Assembly: GCA_000004985.1 (NCBI GenBank) | Contig: GG738848.1 | Source: Naegleria gruberi | Lineage: Eukaryota | Strand: one strand, 5' to 3' | Length of the DNA stretch: 64,000 bases | Shown: positions 21,701 to 35,597 of the stretch, in pieces | Layout: every line of letters begins with the position of its first letter | Numbering within the stretch: the first letter of the stretch is position 1 | The notes under the pieces: generated by a model | Databases searched by the model: none | Told to the model about the DNA's origin: nothing | The model's input: the letters and a program-made list of their open reading frames with translations, nothing else | Program-made: the position numbers and the translations under genes

Positions 21701-23540
21701 TTGTTGAATTGGGAGACTTGGTAGATTCTGCTAAAAATCTCATTCAAAAGAAGAGAATGGAAGCAAAGAGAAAGGAAAGAAAAATTCTCTCAATCAAATA
21801 TAGACTTGCTCAAGGTATTAAGGAAAGAGATATAGATGATCTTGAGACTGTTCTTGAAGAAGGACCATTTTATCCTGAATTGGCAACAGAGGTTCAAATT
21901 GCTAAAGAAATGTTAAGTGAATTATATCTTCATACACACGTTAAGGAAAATATCGTGGTGGTACCAGCTTTAACAGAAAAGGTTGAAAAGAAGGAAAATA
22001 CCTCAACTGGAAAATTCGAAGCCTTCCTAAAGAGTGCTCATATGTCCTTAGGAAGTGTTGAAAAGAGTGTTGAAGTCAAATTAGATTTTGAAGAATTGTT
22101 AGAAAAGAAGGATATTGTTGCTCTGGCTAAATTTATCAATAAGAATAAGCAGTTACTTACAAAAGAAGAAGCACAAAGAGCAACAGAAGTTATGGAAGAG
22201 TTATCATTGCCAAGTGCAACACCTGCAACTGCCACTGAATCATCAAAAGAGGAACTTCAAAAGAAGACAAAACCATTTTCATTCAACACAATGGTTTCAT
22301 CTCTCCATAGTAATATTATGAACTTGCTTAGTACTTGTGATGCAGACTCTATTGATCCAACATCAGGAAGATATGTTGTTCACTTATTCCCTCTTGGTGA
22401 TATCATTGTTAAGAATATTACATCAATTTTATATAATGGAACAAGAGTAAGTAGAAAATTTACTAACTTTGAAATCTTATCATTCATTAGAAAATTTATT
22501 GGATTAAAGAAAGAACACCATATGACATTTTTAAAAATCTTCAGGTTAGTGCTGTACAAGATGTAATTAGAGAATTTGAAGCCTTGGATCAAGTTCAACA
22601 TTTACCAAGTGATAACTTTGGAAAGACTGCTTCTCTTCTTCTGGTTCAATATTTACTTGATTGTGACTTCTTTGTTTATGCAATCAATCAATTGGCAATT
22701 GATGAAATGTACTTGCAAGAATGTTACGATAAGACTGCTATTTTATTTAACAAACAACTCAAAGATGAAATTTTGGGTGTATTCTCATTGCTCAATCAAT
22801 TTGATTTCCGTTTTGGATTTACCAAGGAAGTTGACGCAAAGGATGTTGCTTCTGCTAATATAGATCCACTTGCATCAACACAATCTGGCGTATCAATCAC
22901 GCAAACAGCTCAACCAAGTTTAAGTTTACAATTAACTTCAAGTACTTTGGACATGATTTCACTTTCACCTTTACTTCAATTGAAACAGTCAATCAAATCA
23001 ATTGTTCAGTTCTTCTATATGAAGAAGAATGATGAAAAGATGGATTTATATGATATTGGTGATGATTCAAAGAGTAGAGAAATTGATGTTCTTATAAGAA
23101 AGAAGCTTTGTTATTCATTGATGGATATTTTCTTGAAAGGATTTAAGAGTTTCTCAATATTCAAGACCTACCATGTTTGGAATGTGATTGAAGAAGCTGC
23201 AAGACTGAAAAAGTCATCTGCTGTTGATATTGGTGGTATTGGTATTCCATCGGCTGTTGAAACTGTTAACAAGATTGTTGAAGAGAGATTATCTTTAAAC
23301 ACCAAACAATTATCAAACATTGAAGATCTCAAGTTTAGAATCTTTGTTTGTTACTCATTGAATGATAATCAATTATCATACTTTATTCAATCTATTTTGA
23401 GAGAAAGTGATTTAATTAATAATTATTATGAAGCTGATTCATTGATAAGAAATTCCAACATTAGAGAAAAGGTGATTGGTTTCTTATCCAAGTTGGACAG
23501 ACTTCCATTTAACCTTTCTTTAACATCTGAATTGTTGTAA
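18781..23540 (+). CDS. PH-domain protein with an acidic region, a long coiled coil and a C-terminal globular region. 2 exons (18781-22446 and 22491-23540). About 1570 aa.
   Basis: Real ATG at 18781. N-terminal PH-like domain (GYFHKQGQGATGASYKRRWFKVYSDRIEYMVGPKDKKIKGDV...YKICFEDVVTRQRFKEVV). Acidic stretch DDDIDDDEDMPTFDDSSEEGFDD. Extended heptad-like K/E-rich sequence. GTAAGTAG donor at 22447 and CATTAG acceptor ending at 22490 (44-nt phase-0 intron), joining ...LYNGTR|KNYWIKERTPYDIFKNLQVSAVQDVIREFEALDQVQHLP. The track split this into ORFs 18781-22566 and 22584-23540. Confidence 0.5.
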
Positions 23541-23558
23541 ATAAAAAATACCTAGATG

Positions 23559-26500
23559 TTAAATGTGATACAATTCGTGAATCATGAAAAAGTATTCAAT
23601 TGGACAATATAATTTGAGTTTTCGTACCATCTCTTCATCTAATTTGATCGTTATCAATAAATCTCTACATTGATTGATAATTTCAAATAATTGTTCAATA
23701 ATGAAAGGTTTTAAATGTTCATGTTCCATCAAATCAATAAAAATTCTCATTCCTTTCAAAATTTCATCAGAGGCAACAGAATTTAAACTCAACGAGCTTA
23801 TAGTTCCATTACTATTGTTATTGGAATTTTGAATCAGAGAAGTTTCATAATTATAAGAATGATTAATGGATTCATTCTTCAATGCAGTAATATCATTTAG
23901 AACATTAAATCTACTTGTTATTGTTTCTAATCCTAAACGAACAATTTGATGTTCCATACATGGTTGTATTAAACCTTTCAATACTTGATTAGGAAAATAT
24001 GAAATATGAGTTGTAACATTAGAATATCCAAAATTTAAAGAATCAACAATTAATGAAGATGCAGCACTAATATTTCCAAATAAACTTGTTAAGGTTGATT
24101 TACGTCTATTGTTAGATTGTCCAGATGATCCAATAGTATTATAATTACCAGCATTGCCACTATTATTTGTCTGTTGTTGAGAATCTTGAGAATTAATATT
24201 ATTATAAATTGAATAATTTGGAAACATGGCACTTGTTGGTGAATTCATTCCTCCTCCAACTCCACCACCCATAAATGTACCACTATTATTATTGCTATTG
24301 CTTGTAGTATTAGAAGTAGGAGGATATAACAAGTGAGAAAGTTGAACTGTCCACTCACTAATATTCACACCACTATTATTCATTCCACCAACACTACTAA
24401 CATTACCAAAACTTCCACCTATACCACCTATATTATTATTACTTGAATTATTATTACTACCACCACCTATATTACCAATATTATTATTATTACCAGTATT
24501 AATATTATTATTACCAGTATTATTAATATTATTATTATTATTACTTGAACCACCATTAAAAGATTGTGAAGTTGTTGCAATTAATCTTTTTAAAATTGTT
24601 TGTTCAAATTCTTCTTTTTGTTGTTGATTAGTTCCAAATTTAATGAAATGAAAAATGTGATTTAATAATTTTTGAGTATTTGAATTTAAAATAAAAGAAG
24701 AAATTCCATCAATTAATTGTCTTTCAATAATAGTATTACTAAATAAAGATAAAGTATTAACATTTGATAAATTTTGATCTTTTCTAAAAATTTCATTTAA
24801 ATAAAAACAAGCATAAAATCTAATTATAAAAGGTTGATTTCCATTTTGAATTAAATCCATAAATCTTTTTATAACTCTTTCAGATGAAATTGGTAAAATT
24901 GATAAAACTTTAAAAGTTTTAATAATTAATTCATTATTAATTTCATAATTATTTCTATTATCATCATGAATAAATAATAATAATAACATTGATAAATTAT
25001 TTAATAATTGTTCATGTAAATTATTTTTAATATTTCCATTTTTAGTAGTAATATTACTATTTATAGTATTATCATTATATTTATAGTAATTAATTAAATA
25101 TTCTTTCATAATTTTTAAATAATGTTTATAAACAAGTAAAAGTAAAATTGTTTGTTTAAATTCAGATAAAGGTTGTTGTGAAATTCTAATTAAAGATTTA
25201 AATAAAATTGATAATAAATCACAAAATATTCTTTCTATAATAATTGGAACTCCTTTACATGTAATTGTATAATTTCCATATATAGGTAGTAATTTAGTTA
25301 CTATATATAGACATGATAAATGTTGTTCTAAATTAAAATTTTGATCAAAATAATATAATTCTATATTTGTAGGTATTGAAGCAATTCCTTTTTGTTCATT
25401 ATTATCTAATAAATTTGGTAATAAATATGAAATACATAATTTTAAAATATGTGAAATTTTACCATTTGAATTTAATTCTAAAAATTCAAATTGATTTAAT
25501 AAATTTTTATGTGAAATTTCCATTTCTGTATTATTATTACCATTTTTATCAGAATGAGAAGAAGAACAAGATGATGATGATGAATCTGAAATATCATCTG
25601 AAATATCATCTTCATCTTCTGAATTTACTATATTTGTTAATAAAATTGTAATTGATTTTGCTAAATTTAAAAATCTTGGAATTAAATAATTTTTTTTAAT
25701 TAAAATATATTCCCTTTTTAAATATTGATCATTTTCAATTTGTAAAATATATTGATTATTATTAATATTATTAAATAAATTATTTTGATTATTTAAAATT
25801 CTTTCCATAATTATTAATAAATGAATTTCCTTATTAGTAGAAATAGTTTCAATTAATTTTACAAAATTTAAATCTAAAGAATTTAAAATACAATTATCAA
25901 TAATTGATAAAATACTTGTTTTAGAATTACTATTTATAGTAAAATTAAAAGGTACATAAATGGAAATTAATTTACTCATGTAAGATTCATCTTGTTCAAA
26001 AATATCAATAAATTTAATTAAATGATCATAAAATAATTTGTTAAATTCAATTGAATTATTATAAATTTTACCTAAAAAATTAAAATTAATTAATTTTTTA
26101 AAATCATCCATAATTTTATCTAAAATTAAATTATCAATAATTAAATTTAAATTTAATAATTGTAATAAAAAATTAGAACAATTAATTTTTTCATTATTTT
26201 TATAATTTTTAAATAAAAAATTATATAATTGATAAACAATTTTATAACTATCATAACTTGTTTTAGATTCCAAATTTGGAGAAATAAATTCATCTGGATT
26301 TATATTTTGAATTATATTAATTAAAGTTAAAATTAAATTAAATAAAATTATAATTCCTTCATCATTTTTATAATTATTAATTAAAATTAATAAATCATTA
26401 ATTGACTTTTTTAGTAATTTCATATAAACATTTAAAATTTGTCTATTTTGTATAATTTCTATATTTGAATTTAAAATAATTAATAATAAAAATGGTGTTG

Positions 26501-29500
26501 TATTATAAATATTTAATAATAAATTACTCATTTGTTCAAATAAATAATTTAATTGGCAATGTTCAATTAATTTAGTAATTCCAAAACAAGTATGTACATA
26601 ATTAGAAATATTAAAATTTGTAATATTAAAAAAATCAGAATCATTAAATTCACTTAAATTAATTGGTTGTGATAATTTTAAAGAAGGTGTAATTGACCTT
26701 CTAAAAATAGATTTTGTTTTCTTTTTTTCTAAATTTATAATTAAATCTTCAGAAATTTTCTTATTTTTTAAAAAATCACTTAAAATTTCTATAAATGTAT
26801 TTGAATTTAAATCATTATTATTAAAATAACTTGTTTCATTTTTAATTAAAATTCTTAAAGCAATTTGTTGAATACTTGTATATTTAGAAGTAACTGCCCT
26901 TTTTAGATATTCTCTATATATAGTTTCAATTTCTTGTATATCTTTTAATTCTCCATTTATATTATTAAGAACATTACTTCCATTTATATTATTATTATTA
27001 TTATTATTAGTAGTATTATTAGTAGTAGTGGATGATGATGATGGTGATGAATTATTCCATAAATTACCACTATTAGATTTATTAGATGATAATCCATTTA
27101 AAATACTACTTGTATGATTATTCATACTATTATATTGTCTTGAATGTTGTTGTTGTTGTTCTTTCTTATTTCTTATATTCATTATATTCATTATACTATT
27201 ATTACTATTATTATTATTATTAGATCTACTACTATTATTTTTAAAAGAATTAGAAGTAGATGATAAATTATCAACACTATTTGAATAATTTGTTGTTGAT
27301 GATGAAATTTGTCTAAAAGAAGATAATTCATTCTTTCTTCTAATTTGATTTGTAAATTGTTCAAGTTTATCCAATGATAAATTTCTAATTAAAATTCTTT
27401 CAATAATTAATTCTTCAGNNNNNNNNNNNNNNNNNNNNNNNNNNNNNNNNNNNNNNNNNNNNNNNNNNAAATTGTGGTAAATATCCTAATAATGGAAATT
27501 GTTGTGATGCAATTTGATGATCATCTTCATAATATTGTTGATAAATAAAAACTAATTGTCTCCAAATTAGGCGATACAATTGTGGTCTTTCAGAAAAGAA
27601 ATCATCGGGTAATTTTCTAAACTTTTCAATTTTGGAAACTGATAAATATTCTGCTAAATCTAACATGAATTCCATAAATTCATTAGATGTTAATATTTTT
27701 TCCTTTTTTGTAAATTGTTCAATATTATTAAAGGAAATTCTCTTTCTTTCATCACTTTCTTTTAATGAAAGTCTATTTCCACTACTATTATTATTATTAT
27801 TAGTAGTAGTAGTATTAGTAGTAGCACTACCTCCTCCACTATTACTATATATACTTGAATTTGAGATAACACCACCACTTGAAGAATTTGTTTGATTGTT
27901 AAATAAATTCAAATTCTTTGAATCTCTTTTACCCATTGAAAATCTTAAACTTCTACTTCTGACACGTCCACCACCAGCACCAACACCACCACTAGATGTT
28001 GGTGTTCCACTACCACCTACATAATTAGAAGTAAAAACACCAGTACCAGCACCACCACTATTAGTATTAGTATTATTTGGACTAATACTGAGTGAATGAG
28101 CCATAGCAGTATTGGAATCAGATGAATTTGGTATTAAAGTGGATGGAGTATTAGATGCTGAATTAAATACATCACTATATTGTTGTTCAATATTAGCAAA
28201 TAAAGAAGGTGTTACAACAACAACAAGTGAATCAGTTGATGAATCATAATCCATATGAGTTGATTGTTGTTGCTGCTGTTGTTGTTCAGATCCTCTTCTA
28301 AAGAATGATTGTGAATGATGATGTGATGATTGATTCATTCCAATACTATTATTACTATTAACATTTCCAAATAAATAATTATTAGATGCCAAATTACTTG
28401 GTAATAAATTCAAATCAGATGAAATGTAAAATTTGTTTAAAAATTGTTCTAACATCATTCTAATTGGTATTTCATTCATTTCAATTAAACTATTACTAGT
28501 ATTAGTATTACTATTAGTAGTATTAGTATTATTACTAGTATTATTAGTAGTAGATTCAATATTTTCCTGTTGTTTGAGTGCAAAATAATGAGCAAATGAT
28601 GGAATTCTAGCAATTTCCAAATATCTAAAATCATATTCATTCAATTCATTAAATAAAGTATTATATAAATTTAATGATCCACTATAATTCTTTTTATCCT
28701 TATTCTTTTTAACATTTGAATTGGCATTAATTGAAGAAGAAGAAGTGGATGATGAAGAATTTGATTGTCCTGAAACAATATTTCCTAAAATATTTGATAA
28801 ATTAGTAGAAATGAATAAATTAGGAGGAGGTGGAGCACAATTTTGTAAAAGAGATGAAATATTATTAATACCCATTGATTGAATATCAATAGTTTTTAAA
28901 ATATAATTATAATGTTGTGATTGATTAAAATTTGGATCTAATGGATGTTGTTGTTGTTGCTGAGTAAAATTTTGATTTTCAATAATATAAATGGTATTAT
29001 TTGTTAAATTTGATAATTGTGACATGATATTAAAATATTCTTGACCTTTAAAATGTTGAAAATGATCAAAAATTAAAATACATTTACCATTTAAAATTAA
29101 TTGTTTTAAATATTGTTGAATTTCCTTATTAAATTGTAAATGTTGTTTTTGTAAATTGTTTGCAGTTGATGAATTATTTCTAGAATTAAATCTTGGACTT
29201 TGTGTAAAACTACCAAAATTAGAATTTGAATTTTCATTAAATAAAATATCATTTGCTAATTTTATAACATTTCCAAAATAATATTCAAAACATCCTTGAA
29301 TTATTTTATCTATAAAATCATTTATATTTGGCATATTTAATATATTTCTTAAAGATACCATAATTGGTATTTTAAATAAACTATTAGAATGATTTGATAA
29401 TAATTGATTTAATAAATTATTATTACTTGCCATATTAGAAGAATTACTAGTATTTAAAGTATAAATATGTTCCATATAATATCTATGTATAGATGAAATA

Positions 29501-32500
29501 AAAAATGATAAATCTGAATCTGTAAAATTACAATTTCTACAATTTAAAACATAACATATACAAAGTGATGAATATTTGTTATATTGAAAATTATCATTTC
29601 CACCTCCTCCATTACCATTTCCACTATTATTACTTCCAATACTACTATATCCACTACTACTATTTACACTATTAATACTATTATATCTATTATTAGAAGA
29701 TTGTGTACTAAATCTATTATTATTATTATTATTATTATTATTACTGATATTATTACCGATATTATTGATATTATTATTGTTAATACTATTTCTATAATCG
29801 AATGAATTTGAATTATTTGAATCAATTAAATGACTTGATTGAAATAAAAGATCAAAATTTGTATTTCTAACACCAATAACAGCACCTCTCTTTCTTGTTT
29901 TAAAATTATCACCATCATTAATATCCATTGAAAATACATTCATTGACATTCTATTAGATGCTATATTAGAATAGCATGATAATCCAATTGTAGAAGAAGA
30001 AGAGGATGATGATATTATTGAATTAGATTGATTATTCATATTAATATTATTGGATTGATTCATATTAGTATTATTAATATTGGATTGATTGATAGATGTT
30101 GAAATGGTATTATTTAAAAATGGTGAATTAAATAGTGGTGAATTATTATTAGCAACACCTGAAGAAGAATTAAATGAAGAATTTCTTGATATTGAAATTG
30201 GTAATGAAGATGCAATATTTGATACATTAATATTACTTATATTTGTTGTTGTTATTGAAGTGGTAGTGGTGGTATTATTATTATGAATATTATTATTATT
30301 AATATTATTAATATTACTATTTATAGTAGTATTATTATTATTATTATTATTTAATAAATTATTTAAACTTGATGAATGTGAAAGTTTTCTTGAAGAAGAA
30401 AATTGATTTGATGATAAATAATTATTTTGAGGTGTAATATAAGAAGTAATTTCCAATTTTACTTCTTTTAAAAATCGAATATAATCAAATTTTCCTTTTA
30501 TAGAAAATATTAAATTATCTTCATCTTGAATTCTTTTAAATAAATCATATAACATTACATTCATATTATTTTCATTAAATGTTTCAGATTTATCTTCTTC
30601 CTCGTTTTCATTAAAAATATTACTATATATATATAAATTACTAAAATATTCATCCTTAAATGGAAAGTTTTTACAATTTTGTACACATTTTACAAAAGTA
30701 TAAATGGAAACATTATTTTCACTATCACTTGATAATAAAGTTTTTAAAACTTTTTCAGATTTTGAATGAAAAGCAGATTTTGTAAAAAAATAATAACAAT
30801 CTTTAAATTCATTCCAAGAAACTTTGTAATTTTGAGTTCCAAACATTTGATCCCAAAAATGTCTTGCTAATCTATAAATAATATAATAGGTAGATGTAAA
30901 TTTATGTATAAATGATAATGAATTTCCTAAATTAGTATTTCCTAAATTGGATGATTGATTATTCATTAAAATATTACTTAAATTAGAAGACATGGGTGAT
31001 GATGAAATCATTTGAATATTTCTAGGTGAAAAATCTAATCCATTATTATTATTATTATTATTATTTATATTTATATTATTTATATTATTTATATTATTAT
31101 TTATATTATTATGATCTATTAAATTTAAATTATATGAAGAAATTGATTGTATTGAATCAATATCTTTTTGAATTGATTCTAATGCAGATAAAATATCTAC
31201 TTTTTCATCCATACTTGTATTTATATTTCCATTAATGGATGTATTATTACCATTAATAGAATGATGATTGTGATGATTATTATTAATATTATTATTAAAA
31301 TTTGATTCTTTTCTTTCTTTTAATAAAAAATTTAAACATTCAGTTGCATTTAATCTTTCACTTGAATCTAATCTTAAACATTTATATACCAATTTTAGTA
31401 ATATTGAATGTCCTTTATCAAGTAATAAAGTTAATAAATTAAAAGATTGATTCTTATCAATACATTCACTTATAAAATTATCAATTACTAATTTAGTTTC
31501 ATAATTATTTGAACAATTAAATAATAAATCTCTTAATGAATCAAATCGACTTCTCCTTTTTTGTACAAGTAATTGTAATGCTACTATTCCTAATGCCCAC
31601 ATATCAACTGATTCATTATAATATTTACCATCAAATATTTCAGGTGCCATATAATTTTTAGATCCTTTTTTTAAAATTATTAAAATATTAAAATATTATT
31701 TATGGAAATTATTTAATATATATGGAAATTAATATATAAAATTAATATGAATAAATGAATATGAATGAATAAAACTTACCTGTTATACTCATAAGAGGTG
31801 AATCACCAACTTTAAATTCACGTGTTAATCCAAAATCAGATAAATAAATTTGAGCATTTTCAATAATTTCCTTATATGATAAATTTGTATCATTTGTTTT
31901 TTTAGATTGTAATAAAATATTATCAGGTTTCTAAATTATTTAAATATATTTATAAATATTAATAAATATTAATAAATTAAAAATATTAAAAATATAAAAA
32001 AACATACAATATCCAAATGTACTAATTTCCTTTTATGAAAAAATACCAAACTTCTAGTTATATCAATCATCCAATTTAATTTTAATTCACCACTAATAAA
32101 TTCATTTCCATAACTATTTGAAAAATTTAAAATAACATCTTCTAAACTTCCCAAATCACAACATGCCATTACAATAGATAATGCATATTCAATTTCACCT
32201 TTTAAATTATTTTTATATTCCTTATAGAATATATCATAGTGTGGTACTATACGAACTACTACTTGTTTATTGGAAGATGATGAAGATGATGAAGCATATG
32301 AAGATGAGGATGATGAAGCATATGATGCATATGATGAATTAAATTGATGATTAAATGTTGATTCAACATTACAAACTTGTAATATTAATTTAATTTGTTG
32401 TTCCAAATCACTTAAATTACTAATAGTTATACGTTTAATTGCTAAATTTATATTATTATTTTCATCCGTGGATCCATCATTATGTTGTTGTTGTTCTTGT

Positions 32501-33004
32501 TGTTGTTGATTTATACTTGCAAGGAACTATTCAACAACAGTTAATAATAAATTTAATATATTAAAAACAATCAGTTGATGATTTAAAACCTACCACTTGA
32601 CCTTCAATTCCACCTCCTAACTTTTTAATAATTTTATAATCATATTTTGGATTTGTAAATTTAGTTAAATCTAAGGGATGATGTTTTAAACAGACATCAA
32701 TCATTGTTTTATATAAATGTGATCTCGATGATGATATTGGTATTAATGTATTATTACTATTTTCTAATGTTACTAAATTATTCATCGTTGAAGGAGATGA
32801 AGGTGAATGTTGTTGAACATTATTTCTATCAATGGTTAGAAAATTTAATTGTGGTGATGTTGATAGTTTATTATTATTATTGACATTTAATGATGATGAA
32901 GAAGAAGAGGATGATGGTGTTGATGATGATGATGAATTGATTCTTGTTCTTGATAATTGTTGTTGTTGTTGTTGTTTCGAATTATTATCATCATCCGCTA
33001 ACAT
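23559..33004 (-). CDS. Giant protein with an N-terminal Ser/Thr protein kinase domain (non-RD type) and a long N/S/Q-rich tail. At least 4 exons: 32594-33004, about 32009-32526, 31780-31931 and 23559-31664. The last exon spans the assembly gap at 27419-27468.
   Basis: Real ATG at 33002-33004 (MLADDDNNSKQQQQQQ). Exon 1 ends after the G-loop KKLGGGIEGQV (GTAGGT donor). Exon 2 carries the VAIK-type lysine (NLAIKRI), helix C (LEQQIKLILQV), the hinge (CCDLGSLED) and the start of the catalytic loop (VHLDI; GTATGT donor). Exon 3 reads KPDNILLQSKK...YLSDFGLTREFKVGDSPLMSITG (DFG; GTAAGT donor). Exon 4 reads SKNYMAPEIFDGKYYNESVDMWALGIV (APE, subdomain IX). The reading frame is open on both sides of the N run, so ORFs 27415-31650 and 23559-27374 are one exon. 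The ORF 23559-27374 has no ATG for about 60 codons and its frame stays open back to the gap. Confidence 0.55.
27419..27468. other. Assembly gap (50 N) inside the giant kinase gene.
   Basis: Run of n characters. The reading frame is open on both flanks. Confidence 0.95.
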
Positions 33005-33074
33005 TTTTTATCAGTGATGGTTGTGTTTGATTGATGACATTAGAAAATTATTATTTATTTAAAATTAGCATCAC

Positions 33075-35597
33075 TTATTCGTTTCTGGGTGATGAAACAT
33101 CTTCTTCCTCTTCATCATCATCATCATCATCAGAGGACATGTATTCATCATTAAAATTATGTTGTGTTTGTTGTTGATTAAATTCATTAACCATTCTTTC
33201 ATCATCACTTTCTTCAACAACATAATCAAAAGAAGTGGATAATTCATTATTATTTAAATCATGATTAACCATTTCATCATCAAGATATTGTTCATTTAAA
33301 TGTTTTTCTCTCTTTGATAATTCTTCTTCCTCTTCTTCATCATTCTGTTGTGGACTATCTAATATAATAGCTTCATTATTAGGTGCATCAATTTTGGCAA
33401 TACTTGTTCTTGGTATTATTTCTGCAAGTATTTGTTTAGGTGATGCTGGTTGAAGTCTCATAAATTGAGATTTAGATCTAGTTCTAGGTGTTTGAGCTGT
33501 TAATGATGATGGTGATGATGGACTATTAACATTTAGCAATCCATTATTAGTACTATTATTGTTGTAATTATTATTGATGATACCTCCACCACCAGTTCCA
33601 CTCACTGTATTATTGTTATTACTACTATTATTATTAAATACATATCCACTTGTTGATGGAATTGATAAACTTATGTTTGGTCCAATTGAAACTCCAGAAT
33701 TACGAGAATTATTTGATAATGTTAAATCATCATTAACACTTAATGAATCATTGGATAATTTTGAAATGTGAGATCTCTGATCAAATGATGATGATAATGG
33801 AACTGTTAAGGTATTTGGTGTTTGTTGAGAGGATTGAGTTAAATTATTCATTCTTTGAGAATTTAAAATTTCATGAAGTTCCTTTCTTAAATTTTCCTTC
33901 TCATTATGTACATTATTTCTATCATTTTGAACAATACTTAAATATCTCTTAGTTTCTTCTAATTGTCTTTGTAATTTTCTAATAGATTCAGTTAAAACTC
34001 TATTTTCTTTTTGAGTTTTTCTTTCAGATTCTTCAACATCTGATTTTGATTTTTGTAAAAATTGTTGAGATTTTCTTAAATTATTAATATCATCTTCTAA
34101 TCTTTTAGTTTGTGATTTTTGATTTTCAATTTCATTATTTAATTTTTCAACTTGTTGTACATGTTTCAAAGATAATTCCCTTTCTGTAAATTTAACTTTT
34201 TGTTGTAAATCTTGTAATTGTTGTTCAAATTTAGAAGATCTTTCTTCAAACATTATTGATCTTGATTTTTCTTCTTCTAATTTAACTTCTAATGCATGTG
34301 ATTGATCTGTTATTAATTGTAATTCAGCTATTGATCTACTTCTTTCTTCAATTAGAGTTTTCATTTCATTAACAATAACTTCAGTTTGTGAATTTTCAAT
34401 TGATAAAAGTGATCTTGAAAAGTTTTGAGCATCCCTAACTTGTTGTGATAAATTTGAATATCTATCTTTAACATTTACCATTGATGAACATATTTCTCTC
34501 AATTCATTTTGAACATCTCCAAGATATTTATAATGAATTGTCTTTAAAGATGAGTATTCTTGTGATAATTGTTTAAATTGTTTCATTAAATGATCATATT
34601 CTTCATTATTCTTTCTTAATTTTTCATTATGTGAAATGGTTTGTGATTCAAATTGTGTTTCCATTTCATAAACTTTCTTTTCTGTTAAATCTTTTTCAAA
34701 TAAAATTCGATCTCTTTCTTTATCACTTATTGAAAGTTCACGTTTTAATTTTTCAATATCTTCTGTTAATCTTTGAATATCATTCATAAAATCTTCTCTT
34801 TCTTGATCATATTGTTTTTGTAAATCTATATATTGATTCTTTTCATTTACAATTTGATTTGTATACTCATCCAATTGAAAATGTAAATTTGTAATTTCTT
34901 CTTCACATTTTTCACATTTATCTCTTAACATTTCTAATTCATGTTCTAAATCTTTTGTATGTGAATTTCTATCTGATAATTGTTGTGTTGAAACATCTAA
35001 TTTATCCAATGTTTCTTTAACTTCATTTTGAAGATCTTGATTCTTTCTTTTAGAATTTTCCAATTGATCTTTAACTGCTGAATTTTCATTCTCTAATCTA
35101 TCAACTATAAATTGTGCATTATATAATTCACCTTGTAATTTATCATTCTTATTTTGAAGAGAGAATTTCTCTTGTGATGAATTACGAAGTTCTTGATCTT
35201 TTAAACTTAATTCCTTATTTAAATCTTGAACTTTTCTTTCCATTGTTTGTAATTCTTTTAATAGGGCATTATTATATTCAATTTGACTTGCAAGTTCTTC
35301 TGAGAGATCTACTCTAGATCCACTCATTGGAGCCATTGATGAGAAGGAATAATCCTTTGATGGTGAAGATGTATTATTATTAGTATTCATCATCATGTAT
35401 TGTTGTTTTTCTGTATCGGGTGTAAGATAGGAATTTAATTTACTTGAATAGGATGTATTGTTGTTAGAAGTAGTATTTCTTGATGGAGGCGTATTTTGAT
35501 AATTTGATGGTTCATAGTAAGAGCTTGTTTGAGGTTGATGAAGGCTTGTGTTAGAGAATGCCTTAGAAGATGAGTTAGGCTTTAATTCCCTTTTCAT
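33075..35597 (-). CDS. Long coiled-coil protein, 840 aa, single exon.
   Basis: Real ATG at 35595-35597 (MKRELKPNSSSKAF). Central about 500 aa of continuous heptad-like, E/K/Q/L-rich sequence (KELSLKDQELRNSSQEKFSLQNKNDKLQGELYNAQF...). S/N-rich N-terminal region and acidic C-terminal region (DDDDDEEEEDVSSPRNE). Lies in tandem 70 bp downstream of the kinase gene start. Confidence 0.5.
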   Translation of the reverse strand: MKRELKPNSSSKAFSNTSLHQPQTSSYYEPSNYQNTPPSRNTTSNNNTSYSSKLNSYLTPDTEKQQYMMMNTNNNTSSPSKDYSFSSMAPMSGSRVDLSEELASQIEYNNALLKELQTMERKVQDLNKELSLKDQELRNSSQEKFSLQNKNDKLQGELYNAQFIVDRLENENSAVKDQLENSKRKNQDLQNEVKETLDKLDVSTQQLSDRNSHTKDLEHELEMLRDKCEKCEEEITNLHFQLDEYTNQIVNEKNQYIDLQKQYDQEREDFMNDIQRLTEDIEKLKRELSISDKERDRILFEKDLTEKKVYEMETQFESQTISHNEKLRKNNEEYDHLMKQFKQLSQEYSSLKTIHYKYLGDVQNELREICSSMVNVKDRYSNLSQQVRDAQNFSRSLLSIENSQTEVIVNEMKTLIEERSRSIAELQLITDQSHALEVKLEEEKSRSIMFEERSSKFEQQLQDLQQKVKFTERELSLKHVQQVEKLNNEIENQKSQTKRLEDDINNLRKSQQFLQKSKSDVEESERKTQKENRVLTESIRKLQRQLEETKRYLSIVQNDRNNVHNEKENLRKELHEILNSQRMNNLTQSSQQTPNTLTVPLSSSFDQRSHISKLSNDSLSVNDDLTLSNNSRNSGVSIGPNISLSIPSTSGYVFNNNSSNNNNTVSGTGGGGIINNNYNNNSTNNGLLNVNSPSSPSSLTAQTPRTRSKSQFMRLQPASPKQILAEIIPRTSIAKIDAPNNEAIILDSPQQNDEEEEEELSKREKHLNEQYLDDEMVNHDLNNNELSTSFDYVVEESDDERMVNEFNQQQTQHNFNDEYMSSDDDDDDEEEEDVSSPRNE

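Noticed and set aside
22576-22863. ORF 22576-22863 and the apparent break between ORFs 18781-22566 and 22584-23540.
   Set aside because: This is explained by a 44-nt phase-0 intron (GTAAGTAG...CATTAG, 22447-22490) joining the two large ORFs into one gene. The small ORF is an overlapping alternative frame.
27374-27415. Possibility that ORFs 23559-27374 and 27415-31650 are two separate genes.
   Set aside because: The 23559-27374 M is an alternative-codon artefact. The frame stays open from the gap edge (EELIIERILIRNLSLDKLEQ...) and there is no ATG for about 60 codons, so a single exon spanning the gap is more parsimonious. This remains unproven because the gap length is unknown.
25376-31235. 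Plus-strand ORFs inside the giant minus-strand gene (25376-25651, 27632-27895, 29584-29805, 30089-30286, 31026-31235).
   Set aside because: They are antisense poly-I/L/Y/K frames of poly-N coding repeats and not credible genes.
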